Below are positions 47,901 to 56,029 of a stretch of DNA of 64,000 nucleotides, piece after piece. The DNA comes from an uncultured virus (IMG/VR IMGVR_UViG_3300044638_007755) (lineage: Duplodnaviria > Heunggongvirae > Uroviricota > Caudoviricetes), in the IMG/VR virus record IMGVR_UViG_3300044638_007755. One strand, 5' to 3'. The first letter of the stretch is position 1, and the number at the start of each line of letters is the position of its first letter. Under the pieces are notes generated by a model. The model saw only the letters and a list, made by a program, of their open reading frames with translations. It had not been told where the DNA came from and made no database searches. The translations under genes were made by a program, and so were the position numbers.

Positions 47901-48558
47901 TCAAGTAGCCGCTATGGCAACAGGTGGCGTAGTATATGCTAGTAATGGAACGCTAGTTAACTATCAACCAAGAGGTACAGATACTGTTCCGGCGATGTTA
48001 ACTCCTGGGGAATTTGTGGTCAATAGGTCTGCTACTCAGAAAAATCTACCTTTACTTCATGCTATTAATAGTGGTGGAACCCAAGGATTAAATCGTGGAG
48101 GTATTGTTAATTATTTACAAAGCGGTGGTATTATACTGCCACAGTATCATGCTGATGGAGCAGTTGCTAGTTCAACCAATAGCGTTGTTGGTGGAGGATC
48201 AATTAAGGTAGATGGATCATCTGCTGCTCGTGGACTAGAGTCTGCCCTAACCGTTGGAACAAATGCTCTCAAACAAGTATTACAAGGTTTTGGTATTTCT
48301 CCAGAATCTATAACTGCTATTAATAGCTTTGTAACAGGATTACAAAAGGTTAGTGAAGTACTAGCAAATATAAATATAACTCCTGAAGTCAAATTTACTG
48401 GTAGTGTTGACGTTAATGTTAGGGGAGCAGAAGGTTTAACTGGCCCAATGAGAGATTTAGTTAATGGAGCAATTAATAATGCTATGACAAGACTACAGTC
48501 TGCTAACAGCGGAGCTAAACTAGAAGTTCCACAAGGAGATTTTACTAGTGGAAAATGA
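35932..48558 (+). CDS. giant tape measure protein with embedded kinase, nucleotidyltransferase and HAD domains
   Basis: TP901-like TMP core (aa about 130-480), two GTDTVPAMLTPGEFVVNR motifs, GVAGSGKST, FYGNFGPTTSGH, VFDFDMT. Confidence 0.9.
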   Translation: MAQAFNLTAQLNLRGPNNVGKIVSQIKKQLGTINANVNIAINPAAIQTVTQLNSALTTLNTTLATTSANATTTAAAVNSLMQAMNAAANSNINQSLNNASNAVQQLGANANAAAGGGAGGGGGGGVTQLRTEMEEFGRQSALAVRRFAAFSLVTSTVFALTNAFNQAFKAFIDFDKEFVKLQQVTGESAARLQNLAGTITELSTSLGVSSSQLAVVSSTLAQAGLSAKDTERALKALALSSLAPSFDDMNQTVEGSIALMRQFGISADQLGAALGSVNAVSAQFAVESSDIIAAIQRTGGVFASASKGVSEGTQALNEFIAVFTSVRATTRESAETIATGLRTIFTRIQRGSTIEALKEFGVTLTDAEGKFVGAYKAVELLSRGLNSIDPRDLKFSQIIEELGGFRQIGKVIPLIQQFGTAQQALAIAQGGQTSLTEDAIVAQLSLANQFAKVREEFVAMVREIGGTDTFQTLAKGALQLASALIQIADSVKGVLPVLAVITAVRGAGALRQFGRGFVGGMRGGQQNAAAGGMIRKYAIGGQVPVALMPGETVVYPDMVNRIGVPKLRQLNHADKKMARGGGVGLVPGKGRTDSFKTTLPVGSFVIRTDATKALGGPVGVMKEARYQGGGYVQRFRKGTQNKLQKRTQRTHFGPKTPLSPEEAKLAESMGTGSLRVVAGKTERQINFQPNIDSLINQRLRRGTQKTGVPKTDLLKDISQRSAIELFEAKGIPATIFKQLVASKKLDGLKDALLKGVKSKKVPALLKSDSELDFILKDFIKPYLGKVKTSAGSLWDELVQYQALTNPREVGGRTTLPTVKKSLSKTLGETLAFGGLIQKFGKGSFKPLESMGKSDLLKEALDSGLLERVPTGFRESIDKRSKSFDQVIYDKLLKDLGEKRGSAEVSATRTSKRAKKRNIAVVGLGGEKSSTELTTPGIEANLKKGTRAFPGVPATLQTGSLPPDVAKKVQAIIRNQSERIASVVGKLIAGKAGSTPVTDKKQIRAIVGKQLDNLSGLLFESGLAVAGAPYDPASKAIDFSKGLGDKLGTMFGVDPKALTDATNQATKEVAKTKVAKGQFDRGRKAALVSKRQQKRNFGGFIQRFAKGSSTPVRNLGYIDGDVLNDPANAEIVRKEMERLGITDIHKYKSHLSTMSAARRKSGDLSRLSTIYGVAGSGKSTFVQGGARAAEADNAKLRKTNRYPILTEEDVLRSSQIIDSTSVAGPNQKEVLSQSDRIVNLSSRTKESQEVLKGNRKSRDLTGKGLFGRKPGATKDASLDSGPGEAYIAASEVSGVNPKKVATYAIGPNFSKKRTSQPKVRSPEKTGLFYGNFGPTTSGHLSVVEEAKKRGIKPEDFVALVSGDTPIDYASADEHSKRTAIFPQTSKTGPSRLGMARATFGAVGANVAAMPKGSGPGSIPSAFKVGDDSYIVPRGQKDIAFAGDEKGEGSLNQYTKSGYSVESLPRTGGISGTDARNAIMNNDMVAMKKLLSPEGMSYVQQHLETIQKRPGILDSILQRFQENSQSGKGSAGRLSSVKEQLSKLPARKSKTTPPEVVEQMESLRKERDKLTSKVGRRPARMLSRLESRRPKAVGGIIQRFGRGGLSNRLGVFDFDMTTGEGAQQETPSLSGFKNPDLAVPDILGAKPTGVIKLMKQYGASRLLTARSGGPKGEMTTALGSFFKKNGVYLPSNRIETLGDQVNNLSTAEKKARSLYDLVKKYGGVDFFDDHPDNINAAKMVRGVDARRVKLRKAAGGEIPIIAQEGEYVVNRKSAQSFGYDNLAKINKYHSGGRVGRVQKFASGGQPKLDTLGATATGLSPRAFQIFEKTLFKVSDLFNGMGARTLKTTQAMDMIAAVSPQLAADIQYNGMVHKRTATAQESVAVRYATLMQQLQKTNLTQQQLDKITAAYSNTIQADTNAKNLSIMQTKSLGSKIASAWNKASGIVSQAASSFAATLGKKTSTATPSPATNPQPSGISPAQQVAQFQSQGIQGAALKQAMQNAGYGKGGVNNPIAQQAISQVQGMSAQAQQAQTQRPSMMGRIGQGVRGIMGGQASMSMGFALPMLASSLTSEEPVSAEQAKSNATLGGVATGAGIGASLGGLPGALIGAVGGLITGIDAGAKAARQFAINIARNKIEDSGEKLAKTFEEINKQSSATPAQLASLNTALKASINAALESGTQALPKASLSQLLTEVGVAALGGGQTSTKENVDTRAAIFEQKGFMGLIKAMRGGQDVENSMYRDIAPTLARETSKGYAVAASQAKSVFEQQFKQGQSIEDLMNGPEWNKQAEVLARSNAAIQEQILLIQNLSGVSETEKKARIDSIIATEAEGQARKQFSEVKIAEDLKKLQKDINNLSFSFNRMLGNMDAAVQSSVANLAKLDESLSLSSASLSGGAKVGGSSSGVQNTLDVLKNPQGYSESQKNTAFSRAASPFGSQAGNIEKVLKAGSGLESTILGTINKTLSGTPKGETQEAVTAKIESAIRGQLKDLQLPPSLADKLSKQIGQSVGKLRQDGEDTVDYSQLIESVPELSKTIDLFKNTADQASKAMEFNKQAFDRLSEATNQQIDLTVESNARTRNAQNILAKGSMDLNKALGMNVSLGARRSAIESPIRSMTGGTTDPSAIGMNYNRLEAQRQQLQTGRNQAAASGDVGAVRAFDNQLAQTNTSLRENIDALKGMADSSELASAALDEIDKAQKRQQAGVGFMEKLVTSTPKELANMNQAFARLDANMKGIAVGGTNPEQRKQSLEMFQMIAPFLGDQEKGLQANVLQSMLQESGVGISPMLQQVLDGMRNPTADPQQALAIQTYQEATQKQAEANLQLATMNTNLANDISTKTGNAVAAAIQSNNIKFEQKQLDDLISRINIVPTDVVPAVGKADGGLIYKAVGGSIFKPKGTDTVPAMLTPGEFVVNRSATQANLPLLKSINNGYSKGGKVKYLAGGGYVSSNILKKDVDVLNPSLNTDQDISNDNLPIYNPELFPTTDAKKFSKLSGFISSTTRSWSYAGIVNGLSTYLNELKKSGGSSDYWGGQEIRSAADVNDYNTKIIANGGPDMSKFPIDFMTGSTEEFGYAPSFQLETKRSGFGNRWMLPSISSLKDSGNATAAGKLEKSIKAQTLVSNIPFDAEILNKIISNSISTIIGSAKLRKGKSAADITKYSEKKLLDINESSDYGYVGNQLDILDAARSASSIAKVFEPIDIIKNKLQDKPSSLGSAVLGISDVAKLYQMSAGGGFRFDPNAIDPDKYMGGVFVSPNKKESTVIGSNFKGNVLAGAAGAGSGGGSNGVGFSENSMAVGLPTEATIGSKLLNTQMLDVLKTKATEYETAVNTAYSELDTYIKNPDNFNSTSTQTQKASNISGLLRRIYDSNWPGLYIKLPTDNLNDEWKSKGTNGLAIFKPDLASIWEAKIALALTTPNKDLYKKAKGYKLNGEPSLVKIGNQSQETIEAAGEEYLDGVKSFPWIGDIKLAEEFSNNILRLEQEASQKSFVSAFKVDEQPIPEKVTLDKITLDKLGPGFSKDTKAEFGFQYRNIEVPKLSRNTGYAPPQNGEILKGIIVSAGGALDTSVLNPFLGEDITAGKGNIFANSLDEIKQKLIDTYTKYFEGDQAAFTSFSLATLATPQTWMTDLEKLNAYTTEDGLITNPWFPKISADAYKNQLLTSPGSGGQATTIPGATISIGDKLKTAQQLINQIIGPKIGVIRAFGYGLSPLSVPAQIGQYAEGLISLSKSFGSKIVGQNGSVNPNLADVWGRITAVGETFKFLAKDDLLGLSNKIGLGQSAMGVPDTGAISSQVAQYAQFLATQGTFLAGVSGQAQQTLEKQVTGDQQIASTSLSGGKSQSISDIFKGASDTTVAKDGKIQSKEATPPKTLLDLGKKVFNPYNSFANPNDRASLIDYLMSQIKDQVNPYFKSGVTILRNYLLGMDTLISGATVNEQDLDVNYKGANSALLALTNGEFGALPNVQKIKELAAFRAAQQQAKKDKAKQEAQNPGQVAAMATGGVVYASNGTLVNYQPRGTDTVPAMLTPGEFVVNRSATQKNLPLLHAINSGGTQGLNRGGIVNYLQSGGIILPQYHADGAVASSTNSVVGGGSIKVDGSSAARGLESALTVGTNALKQVLQGFGISPESITAINSFVTGLQKVSEVLANINITPEVKFTGSVDVNVRGAEGLTGPMRDLVNGAINNAMTRLQSANSGAKLEVPQGDFTSGK

Positions 48559-48612
48559 ACATAGAATACTGAATTAAAACAATAATGGCAAGGTGTATAC
48601 TATATTAGTCTC

Positions 48613-51600
48613 ATGAGGAAAATTATGATCAATTCCCCAATATACATATTCGATAGTATAGGATGTAAATTTTCTATACTAAATGGTAATTTTTTAATCG
48701 GCCAATCCCTATCTGGCTATAATAGTTTATCGTCATCTCATGTTGGTTGTTATATTCCATATTTGGTCAGAAGTGGTTCTTCTTGGGAGGTTGGTGTTGG
48801 TTATATAACCAATAATTCTGGTGGAATTGTAGTAGAAAGAACTAAAATAGTTCGATCTTCTAATCAGGATAGTATTGTCTCTTTTGACAATTATGATAAA
48901 TCAGAGTTTTATGTTTTTGCAAATGAGAGTAATTTTAATGTTGGTTTTAATAATGTTATTGTAAAGAATAATGATTTCGTTATTGATAAAATTCAAGCAA
49001 CCTATTTAGTAGACTCTTCGGATAAGACAGTATATGCCACACTACCCAGCATAGAGAGTACTAAAAATCTAATCATAGAACTTAAACTAGTTAGTGGTAA
49101 TAATTTAGTTTATATCTCCAATCCAGCTGGTAAAATATTTGCTACTCTAAGCACAGATAATTCATATATCCGTATTGTATCAGACGGTGTCAACTGGGTT
49201 GGTTTGAATACGACAAATAATGTAGAGCTTAAATCTCTATCGTCTGATGATTTGATGTTTAGTGCGATGTCTGGGATTAATGCTAGTCCAACGTTATCTT
49301 TTCAATATAATACAGGAAGTAATAATATTGGAGGAGCAGAATTATATTACGGTTCGGGTAATAAGGTTCTATTCGGAGACGATGTTGAAACTAGTGCCCA
49401 CCATATTATTCCAGTCTCTGGTTCTGCTAATACGGTATTTAATAATGATAATGCTAATAGTAATTTTATTGTAGAAGGAAGCGGTACTAGAAATCTATTT
49501 TTTGATTATCGAGGAAGACTTGGACTTAATATTCCCTCTGGAAGTACCCCTGATACTATTTTCCATATAGTTAATACAACTTGCAGAGAGGGTATTAGAC
49601 TAGAAAATAGAACATCTTGCCACCCAGCTAACATAACACTATACCATAAGCCCGTTTCAGCAATAACAGCTAACTCCGTAGTAGCAGAAATCAACCTATC
49701 TGCAAAAAACTCATTAGGCAACCAAACAGATTTTTCTACTATACAATCAAAAGCCATAGATAATACTGCTGGAACTTCAAAAGGTCAGTTTAATATTGTT
49801 GTAGCAACAACGGATGCTGCTGGTACTGGAATCCAAACTATATCCACAGATCCAGATACTACTATGATTGGATATAGTGGGGTTAATTTAACAGTAAACA
49901 ATGGTGGATCAGCTAGCTTGGGTTATAGTAATAGTAAAGTTATTTCTACTAGTAATGCTATTACTATACAAGCGCCAACAATTAACTTAAATTCTAGCAA
50001 TATTGTTCTTGGAACAGGAGTAGCGACTAATATAACTGTTCCAACATTATATGCTACTAATCTTGAAAGTAACAGAATAAAGATCAACGGTATTTCACAA
50101 GATAGTATTTTAAGTATTAATAGTTCAGGAAATATCTCTGCTGGTAGATCTGTTCGATTGCCTATCACAGAGAACATGATACTAACCACTACAACAAGTG
50201 GAGCTATCACAGGAATATATAGTACAACAGACTATTTCCTTACCAATGGAGATGTACTATGGAATCAATATGACGATAGGTCTTGTTCTGTGGCTGTTAG
50301 ACAAGTTATATTTCCAAGTGCAGTTCCGGCCCAAGAATTTATCGTCGGAGACCAAGTAGAAATAAATATTTCTGGAACTAAATATTATCGGAATATTACT
50401 GATATTGAAATAGATAATAACAATATAGTAGCATTATTACTTAATCAGAACGTAACATCAGATTCATTTGCTAATGCAACCATACAATCTGTTAGTCAGG
50501 GTGGATATTTATCCATATCTAAAACAGTAGACGATCCGAATATTTCTGATGCTACTAGCAACACTCTTAGTATTCGTCCATTAACAGATACCGTATTTAA
50601 TACCAAGCAAAAAGATATTAATTTTTCAGTATACGGTGTGGATCCTACACCAGCATTAACTGTTAAAGCAAATTCTGGCAGAAGTACTGTACCATCTGGA
50701 TTATTTCATCCTTTTGCTAGTCAAAGACCACAATGCGAACCTTGCGTATTATATTATCCTCCAAATGCAAGTATCGCTCCTTTTCCAATTGTTGTAAATA
50801 GTGGAGGAAGTGGTCTTAGTACCCAACATATCTCAGCTAATTTTAATAGAGCTGCCTCTGGTATTTTTTCTGGAATGCTCACCTCTGTTGGAACAAATGG
50901 TTTACCGTCTTTTTATGGTACATATGATCAAAACGGTAACGTAGCAGAATGGGTAGAAGATGCTAGTGCTACTTCTACTGGAGGTTCACAGTTTGTGGCT
51001 GGTGGTTCTTGGTTAACAGAGATTGATGGTACTATTGGTGCCAGTGGACTAAAGAACATAGAGTCATTACCAAGAATAAGTGGTTATGAACACGTTGGTT
51101 TTAGAGTGGCAAGTCAATATAACTTAACAGATATAACAACCATAGCAGACGATCTAGATATAAATTTCGTTTCCGTGTCAAATCCAAATAACATATCAGA
51201 TGATGGATTATTTTATCTCTTACAAGATGATTCATATATTGCATTTGAATTACCAAATCTTGGTTCTGTAAATAAAAACTATAGAATAGGTAAATACGAA
51301 ATAACAAATGATCAGTACTGTATATTTTTAAACGCTGTAGCAACAGCTAATGATAGAGGTCTTTATAAGACAAAAATGTCTACTGAACCAGTTGGAGGCA
51401 TTTTAAGAAGTGGAGACGGATCCATCAATCCATACGAGTATACTGTTAAGTCTAATATGGGTAATAAGCCGGTTGTATTTGTAGACTATCTTAGTGTAAC
51501 CAGATTCACTAATTGGTTGCATAATGGAGCTCCAACAATTAATGTTGTTGATGTAGATACAATCTTAGATTTTGGGGCCTATGATATTTTTCCAATTGGA

Positions 51601-52131
51601 GAAGCTTCTTATCTAGTTAATAAAAATATTTATCAAAAATATTGGATTCCTAGCTTAAACGAATGGCATAAAGCAGCATATTTTGAACCAAGAGAGGGAG
51701 TAATCACAACAGGCTCGTCAACAGTTCTTGTGAAACGAAACGAACCATATACTGTGGTTTCTGGTACAGCTACTTCGGAAACGCTCTTAGCTAATCTCAG
51801 TGTAAGTGGCTGGTTATATGTTGACCATTTAATAGTCGGAGACAACATAAGATCTTCGTCTACCATACCTCGTAGAGAGCTTCCTTCTACGGGAGGAGGA
51901 ACAGGAGAAGTTAATCCAGGATTTTTATGTTCTTCAAATACCGACTGTGAAACTTGTGAAGTATGCTCTGGCGGTCTTTGTGTTGCGAGTAATGATGAAT
52001 GCTGCTTGGCAGACTGCTGTTTACCCGGAGGATGGAATGCTTCTCAGGCAAGATGTGATTTGTGTAGCAATTGTAGCACAGAGGCCATTGGAGGAGGAGA
52101 ACTACCATGTACAATATTAGGAACATGCTAA
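48613..52131 (+). CDS. tail-tip/fibre protein with a permuted FGE-sulfatase-like domain and Cys-rich C-terminus
   Basis: DQNGNVAEW..GGSW..GFRVA followed by IGKYEITNDQY..EWHKAAYF. Confidence 0.75.
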   Translation: MRKIMINSPIYIFDSIGCKFSILNGNFLIGQSLSGYNSLSSSHVGCYIPYLVRSGSSWEVGVGYITNNSGGIVVERTKIVRSSNQDSIVSFDNYDKSEFYVFANESNFNVGFNNVIVKNNDFVIDKIQATYLVDSSDKTVYATLPSIESTKNLIIELKLVSGNNLVYISNPAGKIFATLSTDNSYIRIVSDGVNWVGLNTTNNVELKSLSSDDLMFSAMSGINASPTLSFQYNTGSNNIGGAELYYGSGNKVLFGDDVETSAHHIIPVSGSANTVFNNDNANSNFIVEGSGTRNLFFDYRGRLGLNIPSGSTPDTIFHIVNTTCREGIRLENRTSCHPANITLYHKPVSAITANSVVAEINLSAKNSLGNQTDFSTIQSKAIDNTAGTSKGQFNIVVATTDAAGTGIQTISTDPDTTMIGYSGVNLTVNNGGSASLGYSNSKVISTSNAITIQAPTINLNSSNIVLGTGVATNITVPTLYATNLESNRIKINGISQDSILSINSSGNISAGRSVRLPITENMILTTTTSGAITGIYSTTDYFLTNGDVLWNQYDDRSCSVAVRQVIFPSAVPAQEFIVGDQVEINISGTKYYRNITDIEIDNNNIVALLLNQNVTSDSFANATIQSVSQGGYLSISKTVDDPNISDATSNTLSIRPLTDTVFNTKQKDINFSVYGVDPTPALTVKANSGRSTVPSGLFHPFASQRPQCEPCVLYYPPNASIAPFPIVVNSGGSGLSTQHISANFNRAASGIFSGMLTSVGTNGLPSFYGTYDQNGNVAEWVEDASATSTGGSQFVAGGSWLTEIDGTIGASGLKNIESLPRISGYEHVGFRVASQYNLTDITTIADDLDINFVSVSNPNNISDDGLFYLLQDDSYIAFELPNLGSVNKNYRIGKYEITNDQYCIFLNAVATANDRGLYKTKMSTEPVGGILRSGDGSINPYEYTVKSNMGNKPVVFVDYLSVTRFTNWLHNGAPTINVVDVDTILDFGAYDIFPIGEASYLVNKNIYQKYWIPSLNEWHKAAYFEPREGVITTGSSTVLVKRNEPYTVVSGTATSETLLANLSVSGWLYVDHLIVGDNIRSSSTIPRRELPSTGGGTGEVNPGFLCSSNTDCETCEVCSGGLCVASNDECCLADCCLPGGWNASQARCDLCSNCSTEAIGGGELPCTILGTC

Positions 52132-52155
52132 CAATAATGTGGAGATTAAATTAAT

Positions 52156-54609
52156 ATGTCGAGTATATACCTAAGATATAGCCCAGTGCCTGTTGTTGTT
52201 TCTCAATCTTACGAAAAGGATAGCTTTCGTAATGAGGATGGAGAGTTAATAACTCCTAATTTTCCTAACCAATGGGGTTCTTATACTACTTCTTTCGCTT
52301 CTTCTGGTTGGATTTCTTTAGCTGCTGGTAGTGGTATATTTCTAAATACTCCTGGTTATGTAGATGCTAGTGGACTAAGAGTTAATTCTATTTTAGCTCA
52401 AACTTACAACAGAATTGATAGCGAAGGTCAGATTATTCCATTGTATAATGGATCTAACGGAGGGTTATTATATAAGCAAACAAATGATGTGGTTAATACT
52501 ATACCAGACTTCGTTTATAATACTGGAATCAACAAATTAACTAGTCCTAGTGGAATTGTGGGACATCCCTTTTATGTAAGTCCAGGGAGCAATCCAAATA
52601 GTCCCACTAGAGAAATAGCTCAATTTATACCTCTAGAACTTATTCCGCAAATTACTATTCCTGGAGAAGGCGGCACTTCTATTACTACGCCAGCCGAAGT
52701 AAACATAAGTGGGGCAAACTTTTTTACTTCTAATATTATTATTGGTACTGGTGGTAATGAGTATAAAAATACTATTTTAACACATCAAGGAGCCGATGCT
52801 CCAGCAGAGTGGATCAAAGCAGACTACCTTCAAGCAGACGGAGCATTATGGAACAGATATCCTAAACGAGCTGTCAGAATAGAAAATAATAGGATCATAT
52901 TTTATAATAGAAAACCCAAATGGGCTATATTATCTAATAATGATGATTATGAAGATTTTGATTTAGCTGTTTTAGAAAAAGAATTTGGAAATAACGATAC
53001 AATAGCCTTAATTGACGCAGAAACTCTTGTAACAGAGTATATTAAACCAGCTCTAACCATAACCTATCCTTATGTCGATTCAGATCCTGACACATCATTT
53101 TCTCCAGTTTTTGAAAGCCAAATAATAACAGATGTAGGTTCTCCTCCTGAATCTTATGAAGGCTATGCAATGTCTATCTGTCCTGGTGCTTCTTTAGTAG
53201 AGGAAAGCGATCCAAATAGTATTGCTTATAAGAATGGATACGCATTCTCTGTTAAAAAAGGAGCATATCTTACGATGCAACTCGGACCAGATGCTACTGG
53301 TCCTTGGGCTTGTGCTGATTTTCCAGAAAATTCAGGATATAGATTTAAACCTAGCACCGCTAATACTATTAGCATTAGACCTAATATTCATACAGCTTTT
53401 AATATGTTGGCAGAAAATATTGACTTTTTAATTTATGGACAATATTTTTCACAATACGATAATTATGAAGCTAATATTTTTGGTCTAAACGCAAATAATA
53501 TACCATCAGGGCTTACACCCGCTTTTATGGTCGATGCCAATATTAGTAATGCTGTAAGCGGAACTATTGGTTCTGGTGTTATTTTCCAAAAATATTTAGA
53601 TAGAGCTAAAACCATTCCTAGTGGTTATCTTGTTGATGAAACTCCAAAAGTTTGTATTAATACCAATAAGCCGTATACTATTTCTAGTATTGTTAGTGGA
53701 TTAGGTTTCTTATCTAATTATTCTTCATTAACCGTTAGTGGAGTTACATTCTCTAATAGTATCTTAACAGAAGAAATCTATTTAACGCCCAGACCGAGTA
53801 CAGATAATTCTGGTAAATATATCGCTAATGCTCTATTAACACTAAATGCTGCAGGACAAATTGTTTCAAGACAACCTCGTACAAATCCAACAGTTCCTGA
53901 TAAGCCTATAAACATTGAAATATTAATATTAGGCAATAATGAATTTTCAATTAAGTGGGTTGCAGGAGAAGACGGTGGTAGTACCGTTGTGAACTATATA
54001 ATAGAATTTTCTGTAAATAATGGTAACACCTGGACAGAGGTTCCTTCTGGTCAAATTTTAAGAGGATCAAATGATCAGAAATCTTGCACAATTATCGGTC
54101 TCGAAACATCTATTCAGTATTTATTTAGAGTTAAAAGCCAAAATTCTGTTGGAGTTAGTTCAGGGTCATTACCATCATCGCCTGTTCAATCCAATAATTC
54201 TGTTCCCCAAAGTCCAAAAGACTTTGTGTATACTAGATTTTTTGGCGAAAATAGCTCAGAAATTGAACTTTCTTGGAGAGAACCAGATTCAGAAGGTCTT
54301 TCTCAAATTTCTGGTTATATCATAGAGGAATCCGACAATAATGGCATGAGTTGGGTCTATTACAACAGTCCGTCCTCGCCAATCGTCAATACTTCCGAAA
54401 TGATTTATGGTTTGACTAATGAAATAAATTATTTATATCGTATTAGTGCAATAAACGATTCTGGTCAAGGAACATTTAACTTTGTCTATAGTACTGGTAA
54501 TGTTATTGTAGATAGTATCTTAGAAGAAGAAGAAAAGAAAAAATCAGAAGATGTATTAAGCAACTGGGATTTCGGGTCCATACTATTCACAGGAGTTTGT
54601 TCCACATGA
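52156..54609 (+). CDS. tail protein with two C-terminal FN3 domains, partial paralogue of 48613..52131
   Basis: Shared LWN.Y..R and NT.SIRP..FN...I.F..YG blocks; FN3 W..YxFRV and YxYRI. Confidence 0.75.
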   Translation: MSSIYLRYSPVPVVVSQSYEKDSFRNEDGELITPNFPNQWGSYTTSFASSGWISLAAGSGIFLNTPGYVDASGLRVNSILAQTYNRIDSEGQIIPLYNGSNGGLLYKQTNDVVNTIPDFVYNTGINKLTSPSGIVGHPFYVSPGSNPNSPTREIAQFIPLELIPQITIPGEGGTSITTPAEVNISGANFFTSNIIIGTGGNEYKNTILTHQGADAPAEWIKADYLQADGALWNRYPKRAVRIENNRIIFYNRKPKWAILSNNDDYEDFDLAVLEKEFGNNDTIALIDAETLVTEYIKPALTITYPYVDSDPDTSFSPVFESQIITDVGSPPESYEGYAMSICPGASLVEESDPNSIAYKNGYAFSVKKGAYLTMQLGPDATGPWACADFPENSGYRFKPSTANTISIRPNIHTAFNMLAENIDFLIYGQYFSQYDNYEANIFGLNANNIPSGLTPAFMVDANISNAVSGTIGSGVIFQKYLDRAKTIPSGYLVDETPKVCINTNKPYTISSIVSGLGFLSNYSSLTVSGVTFSNSILTEEIYLTPRPSTDNSGKYIANALLTLNAAGQIVSRQPRTNPTVPDKPINIEILILGNNEFSIKWVAGEDGGSTVVNYIIEFSVNNGNTWTEVPSGQILRGSNDQKSCTIIGLETSIQYLFRVKSQNSVGVSSGSLPSSPVQSNNSVPQSPKDFVYTRFFGENSSEIELSWREPDSEGLSQISGYIIEESDNNGMSWVYYNSPSSPIVNTSEMIYGLTNEINYLYRISAINDSGQGTFNFVYSTGNVIVDSILEEEEKKKSEDVLSNWDFGSILFTGVCST

Positions 54610-55163
54610 GTAAACTATTATTAAAAAGAGACGATCAAAGTGAGTCTCATCCACACCCAAATCAGGTGGACGTTGGAGAATTAGTGATCAATTCTGTAAC
54701 AGGTAAACTGTATTCTAAACTTGTAGACGGATCTCTGGTGGAATGGTATTCTCAGAAAGTCTGTTTTGATACGGCTCCTACTATTAACTTTTTTTACGGT
54801 AGCACTCTTGCTATTGATAGTCTTAATAATTTTTGCTGTGCTGGAGACATGTTTACTGTTGATGTGTCTGAATTAAAAGTTCCGCCCAAAGAATATTCCT
54901 TTGAATTTACTGAACTTACAGAAAATACATCAGCTGGAAGTATTATCTTATCTCCTCCTCAGTATACTCTATATGCATCTACAAAAGAACCAACAATAAC
55001 TCTTAGAAAAGCTTTAATTCCTGTTAATCTTACTATCGGTCAAACAAATAATATTAGTATATTTAAATTTACAGTACTATCAGAAGGTAGAAAATTAATT
55101 GAAAAACTCTTAACTATTAAGTGTTATGAACAATCTTGTTCTTCGTCAACAACAGGGGGTTGA
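54606..55163 (+). CDS. virion protein
   Basis: LLLKR...P.P...GELVIN...GKLY N-terminus typical of fibre proteins; ATGA overlap. Confidence 0.6.
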   Translation: MSKLLLKRDDQSESHPHPNQVDVGELVINSVTGKLYSKLVDGSLVEWYSQKVCFDTAPTINFFYGSTLAIDSLNNFCCAGDMFTVDVSELKVPPKEYSFEFTELTENTSAGSIILSPPQYTLYASTKEPTITLRKALIPVNLTIGQTNNISIFKFTVLSEGRKLIEKLLTIKCYEQSCSSSTTGG

Positions 55164-56029
55164 TTGTGTTAAATATCTCTAATTTTAGTTTGAAAGAATG
55201 TGAATGTGGAGTTACTCTGGATTTTCCGAATCCTAGTGGTAATTTACAAAGAAAAGAAGAATATTTAATATATTTTACTGTCGAATCTTCATTGCCATCA
55301 GAACCTCCTAGTTCTGTTTCGTTAACTCCATCTTCTTATGTTTTGAGTGGTACGAATAGTTTTATTCCCAAAGTCATATCTAAAGTAGTATCTATTCACA
55401 GAGGAGAAACACAGTCTTTGATTAAGATGTCTATTAAAGACAGATTTGATCAAACTTTATTTGTTGATTACGTTAAACTTATTTGTTCTCCACAAACGTC
55501 TGTAACTAAAAAAGGTTTCTTTAAGACCGGTCAAAATAATATAGGTTTTAATGGTGGATCATTAATGACAATAATGAGATTAGAAGGAGAAGAATCCTCT
55601 ACTTTTGATTTAGATATAGGAATGGTTGTTACGGGTGGTGTTCTTACTACTAATCCATATATTGTAGAGATTTCCAATGACGACATAGAACTGTCTCAAA
55701 AAATAGATACTTTAAGTATAAACCCGATTCCTGGTAATTATACCTTTACTAGAACAACAAGTTGTATTGATCCAGATATTCTCAGGAGAAGAGAAACTCA
55801 GCAACAATATGTTATATTAGACTCAACAAATAATTGGACATATAAATCTAGCGATAAAGTTATTATTCAATTTATTAGAGAAAATATGAATGATAATTCA
55901 ATATCAGTAGTTGTTCCGGCTAAAAACCAGGCTGTTCTACCAACGGATTCTCAGAAAACAGACATTCCAACATTGGCTATGGTTTATACTAATGGTCGGG
56001 TTAATAATGATCAATATTGTATTAATTAA
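55136..56029 (+). CDS. hypothetical virion protein
   Basis: ORF in structural operon; start uncertain (GTG near 55166 is possible). Confidence 0.6.
   Translation: MFFVNNRGLIVLNISNFSLKECECGVTLDFPNPSGNLQRKEEYLIYFTVESSLPSEPPSSVSLTPSSYVLSGTNSFIPKVISKVVSIHRGETQSLIKMSIKDRFDQTLFVDYVKLICSPQTSVTKKGFFKTGQNNIGFNGGSLMTIMRLEGEESSTFDLDIGMVVTGGVLTTNPYIVEISNDDIELSQKIDTLSINPIPGNYTFTRTTSCIDPDILRRRETQQQYVILDSTNNWTYKSSDKVIIQFIRENMNDNSISVVVPAKNQAVLPTDSQKTDIPTLAMVYTNGRVNNDQYCIN

Noticed and set aside
19819..52131. Diversity-generating retroelement (Mtd-like N-termini and a C-type lectin fold domain are present)
   Set aside because: No reverse transcriptase and no TR/VR pair differing at adenines was seen in this window
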